A stretch of 64,000 nucleotides of DNA from Auanema rhodensis (Eukaryota; Animalia; Nematoda): contig OZ059899.1 in assembly GCA_964057225.1 (NCBI GenBank), positions 3,472,001-3,536,000 of the forward strand, in the 5' to 3' direction. This document shows, piece after piece, positions 11,001 to 25,800 of the stretch. Each line of letters opens with the position of its first letter. Position 1 is the first letter of the stretch. A program made the translations under genes and the position numbers. The notes under the pieces are model-generated. The model worked only from the letters and a program-made list of their open reading frames with translations, was not told where the DNA came from and made no database searches.

Positions 11001-14000
11001 TATAAGTTCACACTTATATCCTCGATCTTCACCCTGGAGAATTAATTTTTTTTTCGTTGAATAACATTGTCCATCGTCTTTGCCTTGAAAAAAGGAATCT
11101 AAAAACATCTACTTTTTGCTAAATTATTCTGAAATTTTTCGAAAAAATTTTTGTCAAAATGTTTTTGGAAGCAATGTTGAGTGTACATGGAAACTCAACA
11201 TACACTAATGCATCATTTTTCAAACGATCATAACTAATTTTTGTATCAAGCGTTTTTCAATGTAGTATAGTGCATTCGATGCGGATTTTTAAGCTGCGTC
11301 GATCTGTGTTATCAGATTTGCGCTAGCTTAAAAATGCACCGAGATATCAACTGATATAAGTTCACACTTATATCCTCGATTTTCACCCTGGAGAATTAAT
11401 TTTTTCGTTGAATAACATTGTCCATCGTCTTTGCCTGGAAAAAAGGAATCTAAAAACATCTACTTTTTGCTAAATTATTCTGAAATTTTTCGAAAAAATT
11501 TTTGTCAAAATGTTTTTGGAAGCAATGTTGAGTGTACATGGAAACTCAACATACACTAATGCATCATTTTTCAAACGATCATAACTAATTTTTGTATCAA
11601 GCGTTTTTCAATGTAGTATAGTGCATTCGATGCGGATTTTTAAGCTGCGTCGATCTGTGTTATCAGATTTGCGCTAGCTTAAAAATGCACCGAGATATCA
11701 ACTGATATAAGTTCACACTTATATCCTCGATTTTCACCCTGGAGAATTAATTTTTTCGTTGAATAACATTGTCCATTGTCTTTGCCTGGAAAAAAGGAAT
11801 CTAAAAACATCTACTTTTTGCTAAATTATTCTGAAATTTTTCGAAAAAATTTTTGTCAAAATGTTTTTGGAAGCAATGTTGAGTGTACATGGAAACTCAA
11901 CATACACTAATGCATCATTTTTCAAACGATCATAACTAATTTTTGTATTAAGCGTTTCTCAATGTAGTAAAGTGCATTCGATGCGGATTTCTAAGCTGCG
12001 TCGATCTGTGTTATCAGATTTGCGCTAGCTTAAAAATGCACCGAGATATCAACTGATATAAGTTCACACTTATATCCTCGATTTTCACCCTGGAGAATTA
12101 ATTTTTTCGTTGAATAACATTGTCCATCGTCTTTGCCTTGAAAAAAGGAATCTAAAAACATCTACTTTTTGCTAAATTATTCTGAAATTTTTCGAAAAAA
12201 TTTTTGTCAAAATGTTTTTGGAAGCAATGTTGAGTGTACATGGAAACTCAACATACACTAATGCATCATTTTTCAAACGATCATAACTAATTTTTGTATT
12301 AAGCGTTTCTCAATGTAGTAAAGTGCATTCGATGCGGATTTCTAAGCTGCGTCGATCTGTGTTATCAGATTTGCGCTAGCTTAAAAATGCACCGAGATAT
12401 CAACTGATATAAGTTCACACATATATACCCGATTTTCACCCTGAAGAATTAATTTTTTTGTTGAATAACATTGTCCATCGTCTTTGCCTTGAAAAAAGGA
12501 ATCTAAAAACATCTACTTTTTGCTAAATTATTTTGAAATTTTTCGAAAAAATTTTTGTCAAAATGTTTTTGGAAGCAATGTTGAGTGTACATGGAAACTC
12601 AACATACACTAATGCATCATTTTTCAAACGATCATAACTAATTTTTGTATTAAGCGTTTCTCAATGTAGTATAGTGCATTCGATGCGGATTTTTAAGCTG
12701 CGTCGATCTGTGTTATCAGATTTGCGCTAGCTTAAAAATGCACCGAGATATCAACTGATATAAGTTCACACTTATATCCTCGATCTTCACCCTGGAGAAT
12801 TAATTTTTTTTTCGTTGAATAACATTGTCCATCGTCTTTGCCTTGAAAAAAGGAATCTAAAAACATCTACTTTTTGCTAAATTATTCTGAAATTTTTCGA
12901 AAAAATTTTTGTCAAAATGTTTTTGGAAGCAATGTTGAGTGTACATGGAAACTCAACATACACTAATGCATCATTTTTCAAACGATCATAACTAATTTTT
13001 GTATTAAGCGTTTCTCAATGTAGTAAAGTGCATTCGATGCGGATTTTCAAGCTGCGTCGATCTGTGTTATCAGATTTGCGCTTGCTTAAAAATGCACCGA
13101 GATATCAACTAATATAAGTTCACACTTATATCCTCGATTTTCACCCTGAAGAATTAATTTTTTCGTTGAATAACATTGTCCATCGTCTTTGCCTTGAAAA
13201 AACGAATCTAAAAACATTTACTTTTTGCTAAATTATTTTGAAATTTTTCGAAAAAATTTTTGTCAAAATGTTTTTGGAAGCAATGTTGAGTGTACATGGA
13301 AACTCAACATACACTAATGCATCATTTTTCAAACGATCATAACTAATTTTTGTATTAAGCGTTTCTCAATGTAGTATAGTGCATTCGATGCGGATTTTTA
13401 AGCTGCGTCGATCTGTGTTATCAGATTTGCGCTAGCTTAAAAATGCACCGAGATATCAACTGATATAAGTTCACACTTATATCCTCGATCTTCACCCTGG
13501 AGAATTAATTTTTTTTTCGTTGAATAACATTGTCCATCGTCTTTGCCTTGAAAAAAGGAATCTAAAAACATCTACTTTTTGCTAAATTATTCTGAAATTT
13601 TTCGAAAAAATTTTTGTCAAAATGTTTTTGGAAGCAATGTTGAGTGTACATGGAAACTCAACATACACTAATGCATCATTTTTCAAACGATCATAACTAA
13701 TTTTTGTATCAAGCGTTTTTCAATGTAGTATAGTGCATTCGATGCGGATTTTTAAGCTGCGTCGATCTGTGTTATCAGATTTGCGCTAGCTTAAAAATGC
13801 ACCGAGATATCAACTGATATAAGTTCACACTTATATCCTCGATTTTCACCCTGGAGAATTAATTTTTTCGTTGAATAACATTGTCCATCGTCTTTGCCTG
13901 GAAAAAAGGAATCTAAAAACATCTACTTTTTGCTAAATTATTCTGAAATTTTTCGAAAAAATTTTTGTCAAAATGTTTTTGGAAGCAATGTTGAGTGTAC

Positions 14001-16856
14001 ATGGAAACTCAACATACACTAATGCATCATTTTTCAAACGATCATAACTAATTTTTGTATTAAGCGTTTCTCAATGTAGTAAAGTGCATTCGATGCGGAT
14101 TTCTAAGCTGCGTCGATCTGTGTTATCAGATTTGCGCTAGCTTAAAAATGCACCGAGATATCAACTGATATAAGTTCACACTTATATCCTCGATTTTCAC
14201 CCTGGAGAATTAATTTTTTCGTTGAATAACATTGTCCATCGTCTTTGCCTTGAAAAAAGGAATCTAAAAACATCTACTTTTTGCTAAATTATTCTGAAAT
14301 TTTTCGAAAAAATTTTTGTCAAAATGTTTTTGGAAGCAATGTTGAGTGTACATGGAAACTCAACATACACTAATGCATCATTTTTCAAACGATCATAACT
14401 AATTTTTGTATTAAGCGTTTCTCAATGTAGTAAAGTGCATTCGATGCGGATTTCTAAGCTGCGTCGATCTGTGTTATCAGATTTGCGCTAGCTTAAAAAT
14501 GCACCGAGATATCAACTGATATAAGTTCACACATATATACCCGATTTTCACCCTGAAGAATTAATTTTTTTGTTGAATAACATTGTCCATCGTCTTTGCC
14601 TTGAAAAAAGGAATCTAAAAACATCTACTTTTTGCTAAATTATTTTGAAATTTTTCGAAAAAATTTTTGTCAAAATGTTTTTGGAAGCAATGTTGAGTGT
14701 ACATGGAAACTCAACATACACTAATGCATCATTTTTCAAACGATCATAACTAATTTTTGTATTAAGCGTTTCTCAATGTAGTATAGTGCATTCGATGCGG
14801 ATTTTTAAGCTGCGTCGATCTGTGTTATCAGATTTGCGCTAGCTTAAAAATGCACCGAGATATCAACTGATATAAGTTCACACTTATATCCTCGATCTTC
14901 ACCCTGGAGAATTAATTTTTTTTTCGTTGAATAACATTGTCCATCGTCTTTGCCTTGAAAAAAGGAATCTAAAAACATCTACTTTTTGCTAAATTATTCT
15001 GAAATTTTTCGAAAAAATTTTTGTCAAAATGTTTTTGGAAGCAATGTTGAGTGTACATGGAAACTCAACATACACTAATGCATCATTTTTCAAACGATCA
15101 TAACTAATTTTTGTATTAAGCGTTTCTCAATGTAGTAAAGTGCATTCGATGCGGATTTCTAAGCTGCGTCGATCTGTGTTATCAGATTTGCGCTAGCTTA
15201 AAAATGCACCGAGATATCAACTAATATAAGTTCACACTTATATCCTCGATTTTCACCCTGAAGAATTAATTTTTTCGTTGAATAACATTGTCCATCGTCT
15301 TTGCCTTGAAAAAACGAATCTAAAAACATTTACTTTTTGCTAAATTATTTTGAAATTTTTCGAAAAAATTTTTGTCAAAATGTTTTTGGAAGCAATGTTG
15401 AGTGTACATGGAAACTCAACATACACTAATGCATCATTTTTCAAACGATCATAACTAATTTTTGTATTAAGCGTTTCTCAATGTAGTATAGTGCATTCGA
15501 TGCGGATTTTCAAGCTGCGTCGATCTGTGTTATCAGATTTGCGCTTGCTTAAAAATGCACCGAGATATCAACTAATATAAGTTCACACTTATATCCTCGA
15601 TTTTCACCCTGAAGAATTAATTTTTTCGTTGAATAACATTGTCCATCGTCTTTGCCTTGAAAAAACGAATCTAAAAACATTTACTTTTTGCTAAATTATT
15701 TTGAAATTTTTCGAAAAAATTTTTGTCAAAATGTTTTTGGAAGCAATGTTGAGTGTACATGGAAACTCAACATACACTAATGCATCATTTTTCAAACGAT
15801 CATAACTAATTTTTGTATTAAGCGTTTCTCAATGTAGTAAAGTGCATTCGATGCGGATTTCTAAGCTGCGTCGATCTGTGTTATCAGATTTGCGCTAGCT
15901 TAAAAATGCACCGAGATATCAACTAATATAAGTTCACACTTATATCCTCGATTTTCACCCTGAAGAATTAATTTTTTCGTTAAATAACATTGTCCATCGT
16001 CTTTGCCTTAAAAAAACGAATCTAAAAACATTTACTTTTTGCTAAATTATTTTGAAATTTTTCGAAAAAATTTTTGTCAAAATGTTTTTGGAAGCAATGT
16101 TGAGTGTACATGGAAACTCAACATACACTAATGCATCATTTTTCAAACGATCATAACTAATTTTTGTATTAAGCGTTTCTCAATGTAGTATAGTGCATTC
16201 GATGCGGATTTTTAAGCTGCGTCGATCTGTGTTATCAGATTTGCGCTAGCTTAAAAATGCACCGAGATATCAACTGATATAAGTTCACACTTATATCCCC
16301 GATTTTCACCCTGGAGAATTAATTTTTTCGTTGAATAACATTGTCCATCGTCTTTGCCTTGAAAAAAGGAATCTAAAAACATCTACTTTTTGCTAAATTA
16401 TTTTGAAATTTTTCGAAAAAATTTTTGTCAAAATGTTTTTGGAAGCAATGTTGAGTGTACATGGAAACTCAACATACACTAATGCATCATTTTTCAAACG
16501 ATCATAACTAATTTTTGTATTAAGCGTTTCTCAATGTAGTATAGTGCATTCGATGCGGATTTTTAAGCTGCGTCGATCTGTGTTATCAGATTTGCGCTAG
16601 CTTAAAAATGCACCGAGATATCAACTGATATAAGTTCACACTTATATCCTCGATTTTCACCCTGGAGAATTAATTTTTTCGTTGAATAACATTGTCCATC
16701 GTCTTTGCCTTGAAAAAAGGAATCTAAAAACATCTACTTTTTGCTAAATTATTTTGAAATTTTTCGAAAAAATTTTTGTCAAAATGTTTTTGGAAGCAAT
16801 GTTGAGTGTACATGGAAACTCAACATACACTAATGCATCATTTTTCAAACGATCAT
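8071..16856. repeat. Satellite variant domain B (M24-M48) with an irregular 4-mer higher-order repeat
   Basis: Markers are GAAAAAAGG/GAAAAAACG, CTGGAGAA, GTAAAGTG plus TTTCTAAG, and 354-bp T9 copies at 10878, 12636, 13341 and 14748. Confidence 0.8.
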
Positions 16857-19800
16857 AACTAATTTTTGTATTAAGCGTTTCTCAATGTAGTAAAGTGCAT
16901 TCGATGCGGATTTCTAAGCTGCGTCGATCTGTGTTATCAGATTTGCGCTAGCTTAAAAATGCACCGAGATATCAACTGATATAAGTTCACACTTATATCC
17001 TCGATTTTCACCCTGAAGAATTGATTTTTTCGTTGAATAACATTGTCTATCGTCTTTGCCTTGAAAAATGGAATCTAAAAACATCTACTTTTTGCTAAAT
17101 TATTTTGAAATTTTTCGAAAAAATTTTTGTCAAAATGTTTTTGGAAGCAATGTTGAGTGTACATGGAAACTCAACATACACTAATGCATAATTTTTCAAA
17201 CGATCATAACTAATTTTTGTATTAAGCGTTTCTCAATGTAGTATAGTGCATTCGATACGGATTTTTAAGCTTCGTCGATCTGTGTTATCAGATTTGCGCT
17301 AGCTTAAAAATGCACCGAGTTATCAACTGATATAAGTTCACACTTATATCCTCGATTTTCACCCTGAAGAATTAATTTTTTCGTTGAATAACATTGTCCA
17401 TCGTCTTTGCCTTGAAAAATGGAATCTAAAAACATCTACTTTTTGCTAAATTATTTTGAAATTTTTCGAAAAAATTTTTGTCAAAATGTTTTTGGAAGCA
17501 ATGTTGAGTGTACATGGAAACTCAACATACACTAATGCATCATTTTTCAAACGATCATAACTAATTTTTGTATTAAGCGTTTCTCAATGTAGTATAGTGC
17601 ATTCGATGCGGATTTTCAAGCTGCGTCGATCTGTGTTATCAGATTTGCGCTAGCTTAAAAATGCACCGAGATATCAACTGATATAAGTTCACACATATAT
17701 ACCCGATTTTCACCCTGAAGAATTAATTTTTTCGTTGAATAACCTTGTCCATCGTCTTTGCCTTGAAAAATGGAATCTAAAAACATCTACTTTTTGCTAA
17801 ATTATTTTGAAATTTTTCGAAAAAATTTTTGTCAAAATGTTTTTGGAAGCAATGTTGAGTGTACATGGAAACTCAACATACACTAATGCATCATTTTTCA
17901 AACGATCATAACTAATTTTTGTATTAAGCGTTTCTCAATGTAGTATAGTGCATTCGATGCGGATTTTCAAGCTGCGTCGATCTGTGTTATCAGATTTGCG
18001 CTAGCTTAAAAATGCACCGAGATATCAACTGATATAAGTTCACACATATATACCCGATTTTCACCCTGAAGAATTAATTTTTTCGTTGAATAACCTTGTC
18101 CATCGTCTTTGCCTTGAAAAATGGAATCTAAAAACATCTACTTTTTGCTAAATTATTTTGAAATTTTTCGAAAAAATTTTTGTCAAAATGTTTTTGGAAG
18201 CAATGTTGAGTGTACATGGAAACTCAACATACACTAATGCATCATTTTTCAAACGATCATAACTAATTTTTGTATTAAGCTTTTCTCAATGTAGTATAGT
18301 GCATTCGATGCGGATTTTCAAGCTGCGTCGATCTGTGTTATCAGATTTGCGCTAGCTTAAAAATGCACCGAGATATCAACTGATATAAGTTCACACATAT
18401 ATACCCGATTTTCACCCTGAAGAATTAATTTTTTCGTTGAATAACATTGTCCATCGTCTTTGCCTTGAAAAATGGAATCTAAGAACATCTACTTTTTGCT
18501 AAATTATTTTGAAATTTTTCGAAAAAATTTTTGTCAAAATGTTTTTGGAAGCAATGTTGAGTGTACATGGAAACTCAACATACACTAATGCATCATTTTT
18601 CAAACGCTCATAACTAATTTTTGTATCAAGTGTTTCTCAATGTAGTATAGTGCATTCGATGCGGATTTTTAAGCTGCGTCGATCTGTGTTATCAGATTTG
18701 CGCTAGCTTAAAAAAGCACCGAGATATCAACTGATATAAGTTCACACTTATATCCTCGATTTTCACCCTGAAGAATTAATTTTTTCGTTGAATAACATTG
18801 TCCATCGTCTTTGCCTTGAAAAATGAAATCTAAAAACATTTACTTTTTGCTAAATTATTTTGAAATTTTTCGAAAAAATTTTTGTCAAAATGTTTTTGGA
18901 AGCAATGTTGAGTGTACATGGAAACTCAACATACACTAATGCATAATTTTTCAAACGATCATAACTAATTTTTGTATTAAGCGTTTCTCAATGTAGTATA
19001 GTGCATTCGATGCGGATTTTTAAGCTTCGTCGATCTGTGTTATCAGATTTGCGCTAGCTTAAAAATGCACCGAGATATCAACTGATATAAGTTCACACTT
19101 ATATCCTCGATTTTCACCCTGAAGAATTAATTTTTTCGTTGAAAAACATTGTCCATCGTCTTTGCCTTGAAAAATGGAATCTTAAAACATCTATTTTTTG
19201 CTAAATTATTTTGAAATTTTTCGAAAAAATTTTTGTCAAAATGTTTTTGGAAGCAATGTTGAGTGTACATGGAAACTCAACATACACTAATGCATCATTT
19301 TTCAAACGATCATAACTAATTTTTGTATCAAGTGTTTCTCAATGTAGTATAGTGCATTCGATGCGGATTTTTAAGCTGCGTCGATCTGTGTTATCAGATT
19401 TGCGCTAGCTTAAAAAAGCACCGAGATATCAACTGATATAAGTTCACACTTATATCCTCGATTTTCACCCTGAAGAATTAATTTTTTCGTTGAATAACAT
19501 TGTCCATCGTCTTTGCCTTGAAAAATGGAATCTAAAAACATCTACTTTTTGCTAAATTATTTTGAAATTTTTCGAAAAAATTTTTGTCAAAATGTTTTTG
19601 GAAGCAATGTTGAGTGTACATGGAAACTCAACATACACTAATGCATCATTTTTCAAACGATCATAACTAATTTTTGTATCAAGTGTTTCTCAATGTAGTA
19701 TAGTGCATTCGATGCGGATTTTTAAGCTGCGTCGATCTGTGTTATCAGATTTGCGCTAGCTTAAAAATGCACCGAGATATCAACTGATATAAGTTCACAC

Positions 19801-22800
19801 TTATATCCTCGATTTTCACCCTGAAGAATTAATTTTTTCGTTGAATAACATTGTCCATCGTCTTTGCCTTGAAAAAAAGAATCTAAAAACATCTACTTTT
19901 TGCTAAATTATTTTGAAATTTTTCGAAAAAATTTTTGTCAAAATGTTTTTGGAAGCAATGTTGAGTGTACATGGAAACTCAACATACACTAATGCATCAT
20001 TTTTCAAACGATCATAACTAATTTTTGTATCAAGTGTTTCTCAATGTAGTATAGTGCATTCGATGCGGATTTTTAAGCTGCGTCGATCTGTGTTATCAGA
20101 TTTGCGCTAGCTTAAAAAAGCACCGAGATATCAACTGATATAAGTTCACACTTATATCCTCGATTTTCACCCTGAAGAATTAATTTTTTCGTTGAATAAC
20201 ATTGTCCATCGTCTTTGCCTTGAAAAATGGAATCTAAAAACATCTACTTTTTGCTAAATTATTTTGAAATTTTTCGAAAAAATTTTTGTCAAAATGTTTT
20301 TGGAAGCAATGTTGAGTGTACATGGAAACTCAACATACACTAATGCATAATTTTTCAAACGATCATAACTAATTTTTGTATTAAGCGTTTCTCAATGTAG
20401 TATAGTGCATTCGATGCGGATTTTTAAGCTTCGTCGATCTGTGTTATCAGATTTGCGCTAGCTTAAAAATGCACCGAGATATCAACTGATATAAGTTCAC
20501 ACTTATATCCTCGATTTTCACCCTGAAGAATTAATTTTTTCGTTGAAAAACATTGTCCATCGTCTTTGCCTTGAAAAATGGAATCTTAAAACATCTATTT
20601 TTTGCTAAATTATTTTGAAATTTTTCGAAAAAATTTTTGTCAAAATGTTTTTGGAAGCAATGTTGAGTGTACATGGAAACTCAACATACACTAATGCATC
20701 ATTTTTCAAACGATCATAACTAATTTTTGTATCAAGTGTTTCTCAATGTAGTATAGTGCATTCGATGCGGATTTTTAAGCTGCGTCGATCTGTGTTATCA
20801 GATTTGCGCTAGCTTAAAAAAGCACCGAGATATCAACTGATATAAGTTCACACTTATATCCTCGATTTTCACCCTGAAGAATTAATTTTTTCGTTGAATA
20901 ACATTGTCCATCGTCTTTGCCTTGAAAAATGGAATCTAAAAACATCTACTTTTTGCTAAATTATTTTGAAATTTTTCGAAAAAATTTTTGTCAAAATGTT
21001 TTTGGAAGCAATGTTGAGTGTACATGGAAACTCAACATACACTAATGCATCATTTTTCAAACGATCATAACTAATTTTTGTATCAAGTGTTTCTCAATGT
21101 AGTATAGTGCATTCGATGCGGATTTTTAAGCTGCGTCGATCTGTGTTATCAGATTTGCGCTAGCTTAAAAATGCACCGAGATATCAACTGATATAAGTTC
21201 ACACTTATATCCTCGATTTTCACCCTGAAGAATTAATTTTTTCGTTGAATAACATTGTCCATCGTCTTTGCCTTGAAAAAAAGAATCTAAAAACATCTAC
21301 TTTTTGCTAAATTATTTTGAAATTTTTCGAAAAAATTTTTGTCAAAATGTTTTTGGAAGCAATGTTGAGTGTACATGGAAACTCAACATACACTAATGCA
21401 TCATTTTTCAAACGATCATAACTAATTTTTGTATCAAGTGTTTCTCAATGTAGTATAGTGCATTCGATGCGGATTTTTAAGCTGCGTCGATCTGTGTTAT
21501 CAGATTTGCGCTAGCTTAAAAAAGCACCGAGATATCAACTGATATAAGTTCACACTTATATCCTCGATTTTCACCCTGAAGAATTAATTTTTTCGTTGAA
21601 TAACATTGTCCATCGTCTTTGCCTTGAAAAATGGAATCTAAAAACATCTACTTTTTGCTAAATTATTTTGAAATTTTTCGAAAAAATTTTTGTCAAAATG
21701 TTTTTGGAAGCAATGTTGAGTGTACATGGAAACTCAACATACACTAATGCATCATTTTTCGAACGATCATAACTTATTTTTGTATCAAGCGTTTTTCAAT
21801 GTAGTATAGTGCATTCGATGCGGATTTTTAAGCTGCGTCGATCTGTGTTATCAGATTTGCGCTAGCTTAAAAATGCACCGAGATATCAACTGATATAAGT
21901 TCACACTTATATCCTCGATTTTCACCCTGAAGAATTAATTTTTTCGTTGAATAACATTGTCCATCGTCTTTGCCTTGAAAAATGGAATCTAAAAACATCT
22001 ACTTTTTGCTAAATTATTTTGAAATTTTTCGAAAAAATTTTTGTCAAAATGTTTTTGGAAGCAATGTTGAGTGTACATGGAAACTCAACATACACTAATG
22101 CATCATTTTTCAAACGATCATAACTAATTTTTGTATCAAGTGTTTCTCAATGTAGTATAGTGCATTCGATGCGGATTTTTAAGCTTCGTCGATCTGTGTT
22201 ATCAGATTTGCGCTAGCTTAAAAATGCACCGAGATATCAACTGATATAAGTTCACACTTATATCCTCGATTTTCACCCTGAAGAATTAATTTTTTCGTTG
22301 AATAACATTGTCCATCGTCTTTGCCTTGAAAAATGGAATCTAAAAACATCTACTTTTTGCTAAATTATTTTGAAATTTTTCGAAAAAATTTTTGTCAAAA
22401 TGTTTTTGGAAGCAATGTTGAGTGTACATGGAAACTCAACATACACTAATGCATCATTTTTCAAACGATCATAACTTATTTTTGTATCAAGCGTTTTTCA
22501 ATGTAGTATAGTGCATTCGATGCGGATTTTTAAGCTGCGTCGATCTGTGTTATCAGATTTGCGCTAGCTTAAAAATGCACCGAGATATCAACTGATATAA
22601 GTTCACACTTATATCCTCGATTTTCACCCTGAAGAATTAATTTTTTCGTTGAATAACATTGTCCATCGTCTTTGCCTTGAAAAATGGAATCTAAAAACAT
22701 CTACTTTTTGCTAAATTATTTTGAAATTTTTCGAAAAAATTTTTGTCAAAATGTTTTTGGAAGCAATGTTGAGTGTACATGGAAACTCAACATACACTAA

Positions 22801-25800
22801 TGCATCATTTTTCAAACGATCATAACTAATTTTTGTATCAAGTGTTTCTCAATGTAGTATAGTGCATTCGATGCGGATTTTTAAGCTGCGTCGATCTGTG
22901 TTATCAGATTTGCGCTAGCTTAAAAAAGCACCGAGATATCAACTGATATAAGTTCACACTTATATCCTCGATTTTCACCCTGAAGAATTAATTTTTTCGT
23001 TGAATAACATTGTCCATCGTCTTTGCCTTGAAAAATGGAATCTAAAAACATCTACTTTTTGCTAAATTATTTTGAAATTTTTCGAAAAAATTTTTGTCAA
23101 AATGTTTTTGGAAGCAATGTTGAGTGTACATGGAAACTCAACATACACTAATGCATCATTTTTCAAACGATCATAACTTATTTTTGTATCAAGCGTTTTT
23201 CAATGTAGTATAGTGCATTCGATGCGGATTTTTAAGCTGCGTCGATCTGTGTTATCAGATTTGCGCTAGCTTAAAAATGCACCGAGATATCAACTGATAT
23301 AAGTTCACACTTATATCCTCGATTTTCACCCTGAAGAATTAATTTTTTCGTTGAATAACATTGTCCATCGTCTTTGCCTTGAAAAATGGAATCTAAAAAC
23401 ATCTACTTTTTGCTAAATTATTTTGAAATTTTTCGAAAAAATTTTTGTCAAAATGTTTTTGGAAGCAATGTTGAGTGTACATGGAAACTCAACATACACT
23501 AATGCATCATTTTTCAAACGATCATAACTAATTTTTGTATCAAGTGTTTCTCAATGTAGTATAGTGCATTCGATGCGGATTTTTAAGCTGCGTCGATCTG
23601 TGTTATCAGATTTGCGCTAGCTTAAAAAAGCACCGAGATATCAACTGATATAAGTTCACACTTATATCCTCGATTTTCACCCTGAAGAATTAATTTTTTC
23701 GTTGAATAACATTGTCCATCGTCTTTGCCTTGAAAAATGGAATCTAAAAACATCTACTTTTTGCTAAATTATTTTGAAATTTTTCGAAAAAATTTTTGTC
23801 AAAATGTTTTTGGAAGCAATGTTGAGTGTACATGGAAACTCAACATACACTAATGCATAATTTTTCAAACGATCATAACTAATTTTTGTATTAAGCGTTT
23901 CTCAATGTAGTATAGTGCATTCGATGCGGATTTTTAAGCTTCGTCGATCTGTGTTATCAGATTTGCGCTAGCTTAAAAATGCACCGAGATATCAACTGAT
24001 ATAAGTTCACACTTATATCCTCGATTTTCACCCTGAAGAATTAATTTTTTCGTTGAATAACATTGTCCATCGTCTTTGCCTTGAAAAATGGAATCTTAAA
24101 ACATCTACTTTTTGCTAAATTATTTTGAAATTTTTCGAAAAAATTTTTGTCAAAATGTTTTTGGAAGCAATGTTGAGTGTACATGGAAACTCAACATACA
24201 CTAATGCATCATTTTTCAAACGATCATAACTAATTTTTGTATCGAGTGTTTTTCAATGTAGTATAGTGCATTCGATGCGGATTTTTAAGCTGCGTCGATC
24301 TGTGTTATCAGATTTGCGCTAGCTTAAAAATGCACCGAGATATCAACTGATATAAGTTCACACTTATATCCTCGATTTTCACCCTGAAGAATTAATTTTT
24401 TCGTTGAATAACATTGTCCATCGTCTTTGCCTTGAAAAATGGAATCTAAAAACATCTACTTTTTGCTAAATTATTTTGAAATTTTTCGAAAAAATTTTTG
24501 TCAAAATGTTTTTGGAAGCAATGTTGAGTGTACATGGAAACTCAACATACACTAATGCATCATTTTTCAAACGATCATAACTAATTTTTGTATCAAGTGT
24601 TTCTCAATGTAGTATAGTGCATTCGATGCGGATTTTTAAGCTGCGTCGATCTGTGTTATCAGATTTGCGCTAGCTTAAAAAAGCACCGAGATATCAACTG
24701 ATATAAGTTCACACTTATATCCTCGATTTTCACCCTGAAGAATTAATTTTTTCGTTGAATAACATTGTCCATCGTCTTTGCCTTGAAAAATGGAATCTAA
24801 AAACATCTACTTTTTGCTAAATTATTTTGAAATTTTTCGAAAAAATTTTTGTCAAAATGTTTTTGGAAGCAATGTTGAGTGTACATGGAAACTCAACATA
24901 CACTAATGCATAATTTTTCAAACGATCATAACTAATTTTTGTATTAAGCGTTTCTCAATGTAGTATAGTGTATTCGATGCGGATTTTTAAGCTTCGTCGA
25001 TCTGTGTTATCAGATTTGCGCTAGCTTGAAAATGCACCGAGATATCAACTGATATAAGTTCACACTTATATCCTCGATTTTCACCCTGAAGAATTAATTT
25101 TTTCGTTGAATAACATTGTCCATCGTCTTTGCCTTGAAAAATGGAATCTAAAAACATCTACTTTTTGCTAAATTATTTTGAAATTTTTCGAAAAAATTTT
25201 TGTCAAAATGTTTTTGGAAGCAATGTTGAGTGTACATGGAAACTCAACATACACTAATGCATAATTTTTCAAACGATCATAACTAATTTTTGTATTAAGC
25301 GTTTCTCAATGTAGTATAGTGTATTCGATGCGGATTTTTAAGCTTCGTCGATCTGTGTTATCAGATTTGCGCTAGCTTAAAAATGCACCGAGATATCAAC
25401 TGATATAAGTTCACACTTATATCCTCGATTTTCACCCTGAAGAATTAATTTTTTCGTTGAATAACATTGTCCATCGTCTTTGCCTTGAAAAATGGAATCT
25501 AAAAACATCTACTTTTTGCTAAATTATTTTGAAATTTTTCGAAAAAATTTTTGTCAAAATGTTTTTGGAAGCAATGTTGAGTGTACATGGAAACTCAACA
25601 TACACTAATGCATCATTTTTCAAACGATCATAACTTATTTTTGTATCAAGCGTTTTTCAATGTAGTATAGTGCATTCGATGCGGATTTTTAAGCTGCGTC
25701 GATCTGTGTTATCAGATTTGCGCTAGCTTAAAAATGCACCGAGATATCAACTGATATAAGTTCACACTTATATCCTCGATTTTCACCCTGAAGAATTAAT

